In this document: positions 1 through 10,659 of the stretch, one piece after another
How positions within the stretch are numbered: the stretch's first letter is position 1
Layout: every line of letters starts with the position of its first letter
Source: an uncultured Gemmatimonadaceae bacterium
GTDB taxonomy: Bacteria > Gemmatimonadota > Gemmatimonadetes > Gemmatimonadales > Gemmatimonadaceae
DNA length: 64,000 nucleotides
Assembly: GCA_963829055.1 (NCBI GenBank)
Contig: CAWHHI010000003.1
Span: 128,001 to 192,000, forward strand
Direction of reading: 5' to 3'
The notes under the pieces: model-generated
Seen by the model: only the letters and a program-made list of their open reading frames with translations
What the model was told of the DNA's origin: nothing
Databases searched by the model: none
Position numbers and translations under genes: made by a program

Positions 1-37
1 CCGGAAACGGGAGGCAATGAATGTCTCGGTTCAGCAT

Positions 38-170
38 TACACCCCGCGAGCGCGAGATCATGCGCGTGACCGACCAAGGATGTCGAATAAGGACATACCG
101 CGCCACCTTGGGATACGTGTGGCGACAGCAAAGAGCCATGTTCACCACATTCGCGTCGTGCTCGGGACGA
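38..170 (+). pseudogene. Degenerate LuxR-type helix-turn-helix fragment
   Basis: TPRAR...MSNKDIPRHLGIRVATAKSHVHHI resembles the LuxR HTH consensus (LTPRE...GMSNKEIA..LGIS..TVKSHV..I). It lies in the upstream extension of ORF 17..1369 at the window edge. Confidence 0.45.
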
Positions 171-307
171 TGAAGCGCTCCGAGTCCCCTTCGGAAGCCA
201 TCAAATCAGCGATTGACCGCATCATCGCGCCCGGAACCGATGACTTCCGGCGGCAGGACGGCGCCCCCATGTTCGGTGCTCACCGCCAATCGACCCGTCG
301 AACCGCC

Positions 308-1369
308 ATGACTCTCCCGATGCCTGCCCATCGCCCTGGCTTCCCAAGGGTTCTCGTCACTGCGATCGCCGTTCTTGGGGCTGGCGTCGCGGCCGCCTCC
401 CCGCTCGTCGCCCAGGCGAAGGGCCGAACCCACAAACTCGAGGCGTCGCCGACGACTGTCGCGTACGGCTACTACAGCGCGACGGCCACGCCGGTGCTGC
501 GCATCGCGTCGGGAGACATCGTCGAGGTGACGACGATGCTGACGAACACGCCGGAACGACTCGAGCGGGCCGGCGTCGCGCCTAACGACATCGAGCCGGA
601 ACTGCGCGAGATCGTGGCGAAGGTCACGGACAAGGGACCGGGTGGCCACATCCTCACCGGCCCGATCTTCGTCGAGGGCGCCGACTCGGGCGACGTGCTC
701 GAGGTCCGCATCCTCGAGGTGAAGCCGAAGATCAAATACGGCTACAACGGATGCAGCGGCTTCGTGCGCGCGAACTGCGAGCAGGGCGCCGGGTCCAAGA
801 TCATCCCGATCGATGCGAAGAAGATGACAGCGGAGTTCGCGCCCGGTATCGTCATTCCGCTCAAGCCGTTCTTCGGCAGCATGGGCGTCGCGCCGGCGCC
901 GAGCCTGGGGCGCGTGAGCAGCAATCCGCCGTCGATGCACGCGGGGAATCTCGACAACAAGGAGCTCGTCGCCGGAACGACGCTGTTCATTCCCGTGCAC
1001 GTCGCGGGCGCGCTGTTCGAGGTCGGCGACGGCCACATGGCGCAGGGCGACGGCGAGGTGGATCAGACGGCGATCGAGACGTCGCTCCGTGGGCGCCTGC
1101 AGCTCATCGTGCGCAAGGACATGAAGCTCACGTGGCCGCGCGGCGACACGCCGACGCACATCATCACGATGGGAACGGACACGTCACTGACGGTGGCAAC
1201 GAAGGTGGCCATCCAGGAGATGGTGGATTATCTCGCCGCGGAGCGCGGGCTCTCGAAGATGGACGCGTACCGGCTCGCCAGCATCGCCGCCGATCTGCAC
1301 ATCACGCAGCTCGTGGACGGCAACGTCGGCGTGCACATGATGGTGCCGAAGAGCATCTTCAAGCGTTAG
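308..1369 (+). CDS. Acetamidase/formamidase family protein with signal peptide
   Basis: GGHILTGPIFVEGA.GD.LEV, AGNLDNKEL..GTTL..PV, GDGH.AQGDGEV..TAIET motifs; hydrophobic N-terminus ending in AQA. Start placed at ATG 308. Confidence 0.9.
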   Translation: MTLPMPAHRPGFPRVLVTAIAVLGAGVAAASPLVAQAKGRTHKLEASPTTVAYGYYSATATPVLRIASGDIVEVTTMLTNTPERLERAGVAPNDIEPELREIVAKVTDKGPGGHILTGPIFVEGADSGDVLEVRILEVKPKIKYGYNGCSGFVRANCEQGAGSKIIPIDAKKMTAEFAPGIVIPLKPFFGSMGVAPAPSLGRVSSNPPSMHAGNLDNKELVAGTTLFIPVHVAGALFEVGDGHMAQGDGEVDQTAIETSLRGRLQLIVRKDMKLTWPRGDTPTHIITMGTDTSLTVATKVAIQEMVDYLAAERGLSKMDAYRLASIAADLHITQLVDGNVGVHMMVPKSIFKR

Positions 1370-1380
1370 GCAGCGTGAGG

Positions 1381-2215
1381 TCAGAGATAGTCGAACACCG
1401 GGCCCATCTGCTCCTCGGTCACGTCGTCGGGCATGGGCACCGAGTGCGGATCGAGCTCGACGACCTGTCCGTCACGCCATGTCACCAGCGGCTCGTTCAG
1501 GAGCCGGTGACGTCGGATGACACGCGCGTGCGTGATGCGCATTGCACGCTCGAGCACCGTCGTATCGCGGAAGCAGCGCGCGAGGTGGTCATCGGGAATC
1601 GGAGGACGATCGGCCACGAGAACCTCTCGAATACGGGGAACAGAACCGACGGCTCGCTCGAATCGCGCCCAGCGTTCTGCATCGACGACTTCGATGGCGC
1701 TACGCACGCCACGCGCGACTGGTCGGCGATCGAGCGGATTGGTGTTGTCGTAAAGCTGCCACTCGTCGGCGGCCTCACGGTAGCGATTGGCGAAGTTGAC
1801 CATGCCACGGTGGTATCGACGACGGATCACCTCATCCGGGACCGAGTGACCGCCTTGCCGTACGCGGCGACGAACTCTGGCGATCGCGATCTCTGGCGAC
1901 TCGAGCCACAGATAGACGATACGAATTACGTAGCCCGCTGACCGCCATCGGTCGATCGCGCCGAGAAAGGCATTACCGGAAAGCGTCGTTTCGAACGCGA
2001 AGTCCTGCTTCGCATTCGCCAGCTCGTCGAGCCGCCGCAGCATGATTCGTCCCGCTTCGACCGCGACCGCATCCGACTGAAAACGCGGAGAGGCCACGAG
2101 CAATGACGTCCGCGTTGACGAACTCCGTGACCTGATATGCGTCGCGGAGCAGCACCGGCGCAGCTGACGTCTTGCCAGCGCCGTTTGGCCCCGCGAGGAT
2201 GACGACGTTCGGCAT
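1381..2215 (-). CDS. Zeta-toxin-like/AAA_33 P-loop ATPase (one frameshift near 2080), in frame with a small partner domain
   Basis: MPNVVILAGPNGAGKTS...FVNADVIARGLS in ORF 1973..2257 continues as AGRIML...FAFETTLSG...RVRQGGHSVP..VIRRRY..G in ORF 1381..2262. Confidence 0.85.
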
Positions 2216-2308
2216 CCGCCAAATATGCGCGCGACCAGCTTCGCCGAGTGGCACCATTCCAACGCTTCGGCGAGATTCTCACCGACGACTCACCGGATCT
2301 CGCCAGTC

Positions 2309-3107
2309 ATGCCCATCGCGCCCAAGTCCGTCATTGCCATGATCCACGTCGGCGCGCTCCCCGGTACGCCGGCGAGCCGCGCGAGCGTGAGTGAGATCGC
2401 GACGCAGGCGGCGGCCGAGTGTCGGTTGTACCGCGACGGCGGCGTGCACGCGATCGGCATCGAGAACATGCACGACGTGCCCTACCTCCGAGGCGGCGTC
2501 GGCCCGGAAATCACCGCGGCGATGACTATCGTCGCACACGCGGTGAAGGACGCCGCGGGCGATCTCCCCGTTGGCATCCAGATCCTCGCCGGCGCGAACC
2601 ACGAGGCGCTCGCCGTCGCGCACGCCGCGTCGCTCGACTTCGTGCGCGTGGAAGGGTTCGCGTTCGCGCACGTCGCCGACGAAGGGTTCATCGACTCGTC
2701 CGCCGCGTCCCTGCTCCGCTATCGTCGCGCGATCGGCGCGGAACGCGTGCAGGTGTGGGCGGACGTGAAGAAGAAACACAGCTCGCACGCCATCACCGCC
2801 GACATCGGCATCGGCGCGACGGCATCCGCCGTGGAGTTCATGCGCGCGGACGCCGTCATCGTGAGCGGCGCCGTCACCGGCGAGCATCCGAGCGACGCCG
2901 ACATTGCCGACGTTAGGCAGCACTGCCGCCTGCCACTCATCCTCGGTTCCGGCATCACGGCCGAGAACCTGGCGCACTACTACCCGCAGGCGGACGGCTT
3001 CATCGTCGGGTCGTTCTTCAAGACAGGACGGGCGGTGGAGCGAAACGGTTGACCCGCGACGCGTCGAGCGCTTCATGACCGCGCACGCCGTGGCGCGCGG
3101 CGCTTGA
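2309..3107 (+). CDS. btpA: BtpA/SgcQ family TIM-barrel protein (frameshift near 3025)
   Basis: IAMIHVGALPGTP, IENMHDVPY, ADVKKKHSSHA, LGSGIT..N, ADGFIVGS; C-terminus DGRWSETVDPRRVERFM in another frame ends at 3107. Confidence 0.85.
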
Positions 3108-3246
3108 CTCGGCCGGGCCGCCGAGCGTACGCTCGGCAGGACAGCGTGCGCCTACACGCGACGGATCGATGACGGACGCCTCGGGGCGTCATCGTACAGT
3201 GGCGCATGCGGCGCCGACGTGCCACGACCCCGAGGAGAACCTGGCG

Positions 3247-3804
3247 ATGCACATGGCCCGGAAGCTCGACGCATTCGAGTGGACGCTCGAAGAGCTCCAC
3301 CGCCTGCCGGACGACGGCAACAAGTACGAGCTCGTGCGCGGCGAGCTGTTCGTGACGCCTGCCCCGAGCCTGGCGCACGAACGCCTCGCCGTCGTGCTCT
3401 CCGACATGCTCGGTGACTACGTGCGGCGGGAGGGGATCGGCCGCGTGTTCCGTCCGCGAGCGGTCGTACGGTTTCGGGGAAGCGAGGTCGAGCCGGATGT
3501 CATGGTGCGGCCGTGGACCGAGCACCTGACCGACTGGGATGAGGCTCCGACGCCGTTGCTCGTCGTGGAGATCCTGTCGGATGTCACGCGGCGTCGGGAT
3601 CGGGGTCCGAAACGCGAGCTGTATCTCGACGCCGGCGTGGCCGAGTACTGGATCGTCGACGGTGAGACGCGCACGATTCGAGTGATTCGGCGCGAGCGTG
3701 AGGACACGCTGGCGACCGATACCGTCACGTGGCACGCGGAAGGTGCAGCCGAGCCGTTGATGATCGATGTCCGAGCGATGTTCCGGGAGGCGCTCGGAGA
3801 CTGA
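3247..3804 (+). CDS. Uma2 family endonuclease (DUF820)
   Basis: LPDDGNKYELVRGEL.VTPAP...H, VEPDV, PLLVVEILS, RRDRGPKRELY..AGVAEYWIVD; GAGGAG RBS at 3231. Confidence 0.9.
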   Translation: MHMARKLDAFEWTLEELHRLPDDGNKYELVRGELFVTPAPSLAHERLAVVLSDMLGDYVRREGIGRVFRPRAVVRFRGSEVEPDVMVRPWTEHLTDWDEAPTPLLVVEILSDVTRRRDRGPKRELYLDAGVAEYWIVDGETRTIRVIRREREDTLATDTVTWHAEGAAEPLMIDVRAMFREALGD

Positions 3805-3853
3805 CGATTCCGGGGCCTCCCATTCGTGCCTGCCTAACGTCTGCCACCTGTCG

Positions 3854-4300
3854 TCACGCCTCGGCGTACACGCGCATGGGCTCGAGCACGTAGCGGCGCA
3901 CACTCCGGCGCACGTATCCACTGAGGAAGGGTGCGAGGAGCGCGTACGGCACCTCGAGCCGGATGTCCGCACTCACGGAGTACCGAGTTCCGGCCGCGAC
4001 CGCGTCGAAGCGGCTGACGAACGTCGCGTCGTACTTCGGCTTGAACTCCTCCAGCTCGATCTCATTCGCGGAACGCCGTCGGATGATGTTCACGACGTGT
4101 CCGGCGGTGCAATGGTCCACTTCGACTGTCGTCTCGCTCCCCTCGCACCGCACCAGCCGGACGCCACGAATGGTCGCGGGAAATAGTCTTGGCCAGTGCG
4201 CGTAGTCGAGATAGAGCGTCACGAGACGCTCGCACGGTGCGTGGATGGTCATCGCTGCGTCGACGTGCACCGCGCCCCAGCGGCGAGCCGTCCGGCCCAT
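3854..4300 (-). CDS. SRPBCC/polyketide cyclase-like protein
   Basis: TIHAPCERL..LYLDYAHWPRLFP N-terminal pattern, C-terminal helix and 148 aa length typical of the START/SRPBCC fold. Confidence 0.65.
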   Translation of the reverse strand: MGRTARRWGAVHVDAAMTIHAPCERLVTLYLDYAHWPRLFPATIRGVRLVRCEGSETTVEVDHCTAGHVVNIIRRRSANEIELEEFKPKYDATFVSRFDAVAAGTRYSVSADIRLEVPYALLAPFLSGYVRRSVRRYVLEPMRVYAEA

Positions 4301-4306
4301 GACGCG

Positions 4307-5233
4307 CTACGCCGCCCGCGCCCGCGACAGCGATCCGAGTACGTCCGGCCAGGCCGAACACGCGCTCGCATAACGCGGCCTCCAACCTGATGCGGCACGG
4401 AGCCGCGCATTCGAGATGCGCTGTGAGCGCGCGAGCAATCGCATCAGCGATCCGCCAACGGAGGTGACCCACGTCGGTAGCGGCTTCGGAGCCGGCAGGC
4501 CCGCCGCCGACGCCAGCGATGCCGCCCACTCGCCTCGGCGCATGGGCTCGTCGTCCACGACGTTGTACGTACCCGCCGCAACATCAAGCGCGGCGACGAC
4601 CGCCAATGCCGCATCGCCCTGGAAGAGCGACGAGACGTACGCGTTAGGGTCACCCGGCAGGGGCGACCACCCCTTCCGAATGAGGTCGAGCATCTCGTTC
4701 AGGAGCGCGTCCGGACCGTACAGGCCGCCGAAACGGAGAACCACGCCGGTGCCGCCGGCTTCTGTGAACCTGTTCGCGGACCGCTCCGCGTCGAGAATCG
4801 ATCTGTTGTAGCGTACTGGCGCCACTGGCATTGACTCGTCGATCCATCCGTCACCGTGATCGGGGTAGATGGGCGCGAACGACTCCTGGATCATCCGCTC
4901 CACACCTTCAGCGCGTGCGGCCGTCGCGATGGCCGCCGAGCCGTATCGACGGATCCGATCGTTGGTGCGCCATGCCCACGGCAGCAGCATCGCGCGCGTC
5001 GATGCCGGTATGTGCGTCGCGAGATTGATGACCACCTCGTGACCCGCCATCGCACGCCGCAAGCCCGCGACATCGAACAGATCGGCCTCGACCGGCTTTG
5101 CACCGAGGCGGCGAAGGGTTTCCCGATTGCCGGCAGACCGCGACACCGCCGTCACGGTGTGGCCCGCCTGAGCGAGCAACGGCACGGCTCGGCTCCCGAT
5201 GACGCCCGTCGCTCCCGTAATGAACACCCGCAT
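4307..5233 (-). CDS. NAD-dependent epimerase/dehydratase (extended SDR)
   Basis: MRVFITGATGVIG Rossmann motif; VVLRFGGLYGP; YNVVDDEP. Confidence 0.9.
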   Translation of the reverse strand: MRVFITGATGVIGSRAVPLLAQAGHTVTAVSRSAGNRETLRRLGAKPVEADLFDVAGLRRAMAGHEVVINLATHIPASTRAMLLPWAWRTNDRIRRYGSAAIATAARAEGVERMIQESFAPIYPDHGDGWIDESMPVAPVRYNRSILDAERSANRFTEAGGTGVVLRFGGLYGPDALLNEMLDLIRKGWSPLPGDPNAYVSSLFQGDAALAVVAALDVAAGTYNVVDDEPMRRGEWAASLASAAGLPAPKPLPTWVTSVGGSLMRLLARSQRISNARLRAASGWRPRYASACSAWPDVLGSLSRARAA

Positions 5234-5295
5234 GTCCGTCTCCTGTGAAGCATGTACTCAGCAGAAGACGGACCTGCGTTTGTATTGTGACCGAA

Positions 5296-5493
5296 GGACT
5301 GGGGACTGCGGACTGAGCTGCACGCTGGGAACGTCTGCCGCCGGCTGCATGCTGCGGCCGCACGCTGCCCGCTGCTGCCAATACCGCCCGGTCACCCACG
5401 CGCTGGCCGCTGCACGCAGCCGCACCCAGCGTCACCCAGCAACCAGCACGACCACCCAGCCACCCAGCTTGTAGTTGCCCAGTCCCCAGTCCC
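5296..5493. repeat. Intergenic cassette of short tandem repeats: GGGACTG units at left, CACCCAGC units, CCCAGTC units at right in inverted orientation
   Basis: Read directly. The CACCCAGCGTCACCCAGCAACCAGCA block recurs near 60457-60483, and in reverse near 60330-60374. Confidence 0.7.
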
Positions 5494-5649
5494 TGCATGG
5501 ACCAACCGATGCACGCCGGCACGGTTCGTTACAGACTGAACGGTTCAGCGCGACGTTGGTTACGGCGCTACTCGGCGGCGCGGCGACCGCGCCTAACGTG
5601 TACCCTAACGCCTGTCTACGCCTGTCAACGCTTGGGTCCGACGCGTACG

Positions 5650-7350
5650 CTACGGCGCGCTTACCGTCTCACGTCCCTGGCGCCGCTCGAAGATCTCGGC
5701 ACCAGGTCCGTCGAAGACCACCTGATAGCGCGAGTCGGTCCGGAGCGTCGAGCTCAGTTTGCGGCAGCACGCACCGGCCGGCGATCGTGCAATGAAGACG
5801 TGTGAGAACTCCACGCCTTGCTTGGCCGACCACTGCTCGACACAGCGCGCGTCCTGGCCGGCGCAGTCACGCGCGGTGTTGAACAGCCGCTTGTAGCGCG
5901 TGAATCCGGTATCGGGCAACCACTCCGTTCCCTGGACGGTCGCAACGCTCTGGCGACGCGCCAGTACGGGAAACCACTCGCCTTCACGGTCGGCGGGCCA
6001 TCCGCGTTCCGGCACGACGAAGAAGCGACTCGTCGGCGGCGTGTGCGTCGCCACCCAGTGCATCGCGTCACGCTCATCAGGCGAGAGGCTCGCGAGGTAC
6101 GCCGCTTCCGTTCCGAGATCTGCGTCTCGCGTCAGCGCCGACGCCGTGCTATACAGGACGAGAAAGCCGATCACGCCGATGGCGAGCAGGTTCTCTCGCG
6201 CGAACGCCACGACCGCGTAGCGTGGTGTGCGATGGATGTGCGGCTCGTGCTCCGGTTCCGTCGCGAGCCGGCCATCGACACGGCCGGTACTACCAGCACT
6301 GCCGGCACTCGCGCTGCGCCGACGCATGAGCAATGGGAGCAACACATCGTTGACGGCGATGCCAACGAGCAACGCCACGGGAATGGCGGCGTACGTCTCC
6401 CCCGCTCGAACGTCGAGCGCGAGCGTCACCATCCACCAGATGGGCAGCAGCACCGTTCGCCGCCGTAGCGATGCGAGCGCGCCGAGCAGAGCGAGCGCGC
6501 CTAACACGGGGAACAGCGGCTCGCCCGTGCCCATGGCGCCGAATCGCGCCAGTCGGCCAAGCACCGTCGCGCGAAGCGGGCCGGTCGTGAAGATCGAGCC
6601 GCCGGTCTGGCCTGCCGCGAGGAAAGGCCCGAACCCGTGGCGCGCCGCGACGGTCGCCCACCACGGTGCCGTCACCGCGATCGCAACAACGCCGATGATG
6701 ACTGCGCCGATCAACCCCTGCTTGTGACGCCCATACGCGAGGAAGAACAACACCAGGCTCGCCGCCAGGAACGGCGCGGTGCCGAGATGGCTCAGCGGCG
6801 TGAGCGCAGTGAAGAGACCGGCGGTGAGCGCGTAGCGCAGATCACGCCGCGTGAACAGCAGATACGCCTGATGGAGCGCGAGAATGGTGAACAGCAGTCC
6901 GAACGATCGGGTGAGTCCGCCACCCATTACGAGCCACGTAAAGCTTCGTGGCACCAGCGCGAACGCTGCAACCGCCGCCGCGACCGCGGTGCGCTCGGGG
7001 AGCATGCTTCGGGCGAGAAACAGGAACGCGACGAGCGTCGCGCAGGTCGTCGCGAGCGGGAGCAATCGCACCACCTGCATGAGGTCGACCGACGCGACGT
7101 CCGAGATGAGACCCGCGACATAGAATCCGAACGGCGGGTAGGCGAACGGAATCTGCAGCGCGTTATAGGAGGTGAATGCTGGCAACCGGTAGTGCGCGCG
7201 CTGTAATTCCTGCGTCATCTGAAAGAACAGCCCACCGTCGTTGAGCGGGAAGTCGGTGAGCAAGACGGGTCGCGCGCGTATGGCGCAGCCCAGTGCGATC
7301 GCGGCAACGCAGGCGATGAAAAATGGAGACGCGACTATTCGGCGCGGCAT
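5650..7350 (-). CDS. GT-C fold (ArnT/PMT-like) multi-pass membrane glycosyltransferase, paralog A1
   Basis: DFPLNDGGLF in the first luminal loop, IPFAYPP, many TM segments; near-colinear with the 14869..16605 protein. Start at MPRRIV (7350). Confidence 0.75.
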   Translation of the reverse strand: MPRRIVASPFFIACVAAIALGCAIRARPVLLTDFPLNDGGLFFQMTQELQRAHYRLPAFTSYNALQIPFAYPPFGFYVAGLISDVASVDLMQVVRLLPLATTCATLVAFLFLARSMLPERTAVAAAVAAFALVPRSFTWLVMGGGLTRSFGLLFTILALHQAYLLFTRRDLRYALTAGLFTALTPLSHLGTAPFLAASLVLFFLAYGRHKQGLIGAVIIGVVAIAVTAPWWATVAARHGFGPFLAAGQTGGSIFTTGPLRATVLGRLARFGAMGTGEPLFPVLGALALLGALASLRRRTVLLPIWWMVTLALDVRAGETYAAIPVALLVGIAVNDVLLPLLMRRRSASAGSAGSTGRVDGRLATEPEHEPHIHRTPRYAVVAFARENLLAIGVIGFLVLYSTASALTRDADLGTEAAYLASLSPDERDAMHWVATHTPPTSRFFVVPERGWPADREGEWFPVLARRQSVATVQGTEWLPDTGFTRYKRLFNTARDCAGQDARCVEQWSAKQGVEFSHVFIARSPAGACCRKLSSTLRTDSRYQVVFDGPGAEIFERRQGRETVSAP

Positions 7351-7581
7351 GTGTGGTTCCAGTCCTCGAGTGTGTCGGCGTTCGAACGTGGAACGGGCCA
7401 GAGCGTATTGCGTGCCGCCCGCATCAGAATGGCGCGCATCGACCTCATAGGCTCGTTCGTCCAATGGCGCGATGCTCGGCACATCTGTTGCCTTCACCGC
7501 GCCACTCGACGGCTGCCTTCGACATCCACACGGAAACTGTTGGGACAGGAACCATCTACCACGCCGGTCCAGTCGCTCGAC

Positions 7582-9289
7582 GTGGCCACTGAAGTGCTGC
7601 CTACCGACCTCAGGCGCGTGCACCGCTCCGCCGGCCTAACGACCGAAGCACCTGCCGAGCCACTCGGAATCGCCGCGCGGATGGCGCGAATCCAGACAGG
7701 CGGGGCCATTGAGACGGTCGCGTGGCTCATCTGCCTGGTACTCATCGCCATCTGGGCCATCGGCTACCTGTGGTGGCCCTTCTCGAACGATCAGGGCAAC
7801 CTCGCCTGGGTAGGCGACGTCATCCGCGCCGGCGGTATGCCGTACCGCGATGCGTGGGATGTCAAAGGCCCGGCAGTCCATCTGCTATTCGCGCTCATCA
7901 GTACGACGTTCGGCCATAACGAGTGGGGACTGCGGCTGTTCGACCTGATCTTTGTCGGCGTCGGGGCCTGGTCTCTTTCTCGTATCGCCGAGCATTACGC
8001 TGGGCCGCGGAGTGGTAGATGGACGGTCGTCATCTACCTGCTATGGTATGCGTCGCTCGACCATCACAGCACGGCCCAGCCCGATGCGTGGGCAGGCGTG
8101 ATGCTGTGTGCCGCGGTTGCGCTGATGGTGACGAGCGAGCATCGGCCCTCGCTGCTGTCGGGCCTCGGGGCTGGAGTGCTCATCGCTGTCTGCACGCTGA
8201 TCAAGCCCACCTACGCTCTGTTCATGGCGCTCCCCTTGATCGAGGGGTCCCTGCATTTCAAGGCAGTAGCCCGCGTGCGGGTGGCGAACTTCCTCGGCGC
8301 GGCGATTCTCGGGTTCGTCGCTCCGATCGCGCTCTGCATTGCATGGTTCGCTGCTCGCGGTGCGCTCGGCGCCTGGATGGACGTCCACCTTGGATGGGTA
8401 CCGTCGAGCTACTCGCAGCTGGATGCTGCCTGGCTGAACCGTATTCAGTACCTGCTGTTCTTTCTCACGACGAAACAGTTCGCGCCGGCAATCCCGCTTG
8501 CGATCGGCGGACTCGCGGTCGTCAGGCTTTCTCGCTGGCCGCGGGATACTGCGCTGCTCGCCATATGGACGGTCCTGGCGGTTCTGGGTGTGGCAATTCA
8601 GGGGCAATTCTTCGCGTACCATTGGCATCCCGCACAGCCTCCACTGGCACTGCTCGCTGGCCTCGGCCTGCATCGCGTTCTTGCGTGGCGCCGATCGATT
8701 GGGAGCCGAAGCGAGGCCGGGCAGGTGCTCGCGGCGAGCATACTCGCGCTCGCCATTGTATTGATGGTCGGCGCGACCGTCGGTCCGGCAGTACACGGTT
8801 ACCGACTCTTGCGTCGCGTTGACTGGCCTCACCGATCCCGTCGGGTATGACCGCATCGAGTTCGGCCCGTACGGCCACCACGGCGGCGAGGTGACCGAGC
8901 TCGTGGCGTACTTGCGATCCAGATCGACGCCTGAGGAGACGGTGTTGGTGTGGGGCAGCGATGCCGGCATCAACTATCTGAGTGGGCGTGCGAGCCCGTC
9001 GCCGTTTGGGTACGTGCAGCCGCTCGTCGATCCTCCGGACAGCGACCTTCGGCGACGGTACCGAGCCGAGTTCATGCACCGACTCGAGAGTACGAAGCCG
9101 CGCTATGTGGTGTCGCTGAACGAGCGCGTCTGTGAGCGCGCCCCCACGACCGATGAGCGCAAGCTCCTCGGGCCCACCGAAGGCATCATGCGGTGCCTTG
9201 GCGAGGTCCCGGCTGTACGAGACTACGTGCTCAGCCGCTATACGGTCGAGCACGTTATCGGCCCCATCGAGATCCGCCGCCGGCGATAA
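7582..9289 (+). CDS. GT-C fold membrane glycosyltransferase, type B1 (frameshift near 8815; start uncertain)
   Basis: NDQG...GGMPYRDAWDVKGP motif (cf. PY.D.WD.KPP); C-terminal domain YLRSRSTPEETVLVWG..AGINYLSGR in ORF 8819..9289. Confidence 0.7.
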
Positions 9290-9564
9290 CGTTAGGCGCT
9301 CGAGGCCGCCAGCCCGTGCTCGCCGCTACGGTCGACCTCGCCGGCGGATTGCTTCGTGTCCCAATTACCTGAACGGCGTTAGGCACCGGTCGACGGATTG
9401 GTCATCCCGTCGCGCCGCGGCCTGCGCTATGCAATCCACCCCGTCGATCGCACGGCCGATCGAGGCTCGGCGCGTGCGGCGTGCTCCCAACCGGCGTTCG
9501 TCCGAACGCACGGATCGTGTCACCGCCCCGTGGCCACGGTCCGACATACAGGATGAGTATCTGC

Positions 9565-10659
9565 ATGAAGCCCTTGCTGTCCGTCATCGTGCCCTGCTTC
9601 AACGAAGCAGAGGTACTGTGGGAGACTCACGGTCGACTCGTTGGCTCACTGAGTCAGCTCACCGACCTCGAGTTTGAAATCATCTACGTAGACGACGGAA
9701 GTCGCGACGCGACGCCCGATATACTGCGCGAGATCCAGGCAGTTGACCCGCACGCACGCATCATCCGCTTCTCGCGCAACTTCGGCCACCAGACGGCCGT
9801 GACCGCCGGGCTCGAGCACGCGAGTGGGGACGCCGTCGTCCTGATCGATGCCGACCTGCAGGATCCACCCGAGGTCATTGCGGAGATGGTCGCGCGATGG
9901 CGCGAGGGCTACCACGTCGCGTACGGCGTGCGCACCGACCGCGAGGGCGAGACCAGGTTCAAGCTCGCCACGGCGAAGGCGTTCTACCGCCTGCTCAACC
10001 GCATGAGCGAGACACGCATTCCTCTCGACACCGGTGACTTCCGTCTCATGGATCGCCGAGTTGTCGATGTGCTGCGCGCAATGCCGGAGCGCGATCGCTT
10101 CGTGCGCGGCATGGTCGCGTGGGCTGGGTTCCGCCAGATCGCGGTGCCCTACAGTCGAGCCGCCCGCTTCGCCGGAGAGAGCAAGTATCCGTTCTTCAAG
10201 ATGGTGCGCTTCGCCCTCGACGGGCTCACGTCGTTCTCGCGCGCGCCGCTACGCCTGGCGACATGGATGGGTTTCGCCGTCTCGGCCGTGGCGCTCGTCG
10301 CCATCATCTACGCGCTCGTGATGCGTCTCTTCACGAGGGACTGGGTCACGGGATGGACCGCGCTCTTCATCGCCGTGCTCTTCATCGGCGGCGCTCAGCT
10401 GCTCTCGCTCGGCATCATCGGTGAGTACATCGGTCGGATTTACGGCGAGGCGAAGCGACGTCCGCTGTATCTCGTCGAGGACGCGCGCGGCTTCGAGCAC
10501 GCATACGAGCGCGCCGTGTCCCGCGGGTCCACGCACCAACCCGTCGCCGATGGGCGCCGCCGCCGGGATGACGGTCAGCGCTGGCGCCGCGAAGCCGACA
10601 TCCAGGTTCCGATCTATCACGAGCCCGCTGGCGCGCGCGTCGACGAGCCGATGTCGTGA
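9565..10659 (+). CDS. GT2 polyprenol-phosphate glycosyltransferase (GtrB/YkoT-like)
   Basis: LSVIVPCFNE, YVDDGSRD, FSRNFGHQ.A..AGL, IDADLQDPPE, GDFRLMDRRVV, two C-terminal TMs, GEYIGRIY.E.K.RPLY. Confidence 0.92.
   Translation: MKPLLSVIVPCFNEAEVLWETHGRLVGSLSQLTDLEFEIIYVDDGSRDATPDILREIQAVDPHARIIRFSRNFGHQTAVTAGLEHASGDAVVLIDADLQDPPEVIAEMVARWREGYHVAYGVRTDREGETRFKLATAKAFYRLLNRMSETRIPLDTGDFRLMDRRVVDVLRAMPERDRFVRGMVAWAGFRQIAVPYSRAARFAGESKYPFFKMVRFALDGLTSFSRAPLRLATWMGFAVSAVALVAIIYALVMRLFTRDWVTGWTALFIAVLFIGGAQLLSLGIIGEYIGRIYGEAKRRPLYLVEDARGFEHAYERAVSRGSTHQPVADGRRRRDDGQRWRREADIQVPIYHEPAGARVDEPMS

Noticed and set aside
17..307. N-terminal 97-aa extension making a LuxR-acetamidase fusion
   Set aside because: The acetamidase has its own signal peptide after ATG 308. 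The HTH-like piece is degenerate and probably only happens to be in frame.
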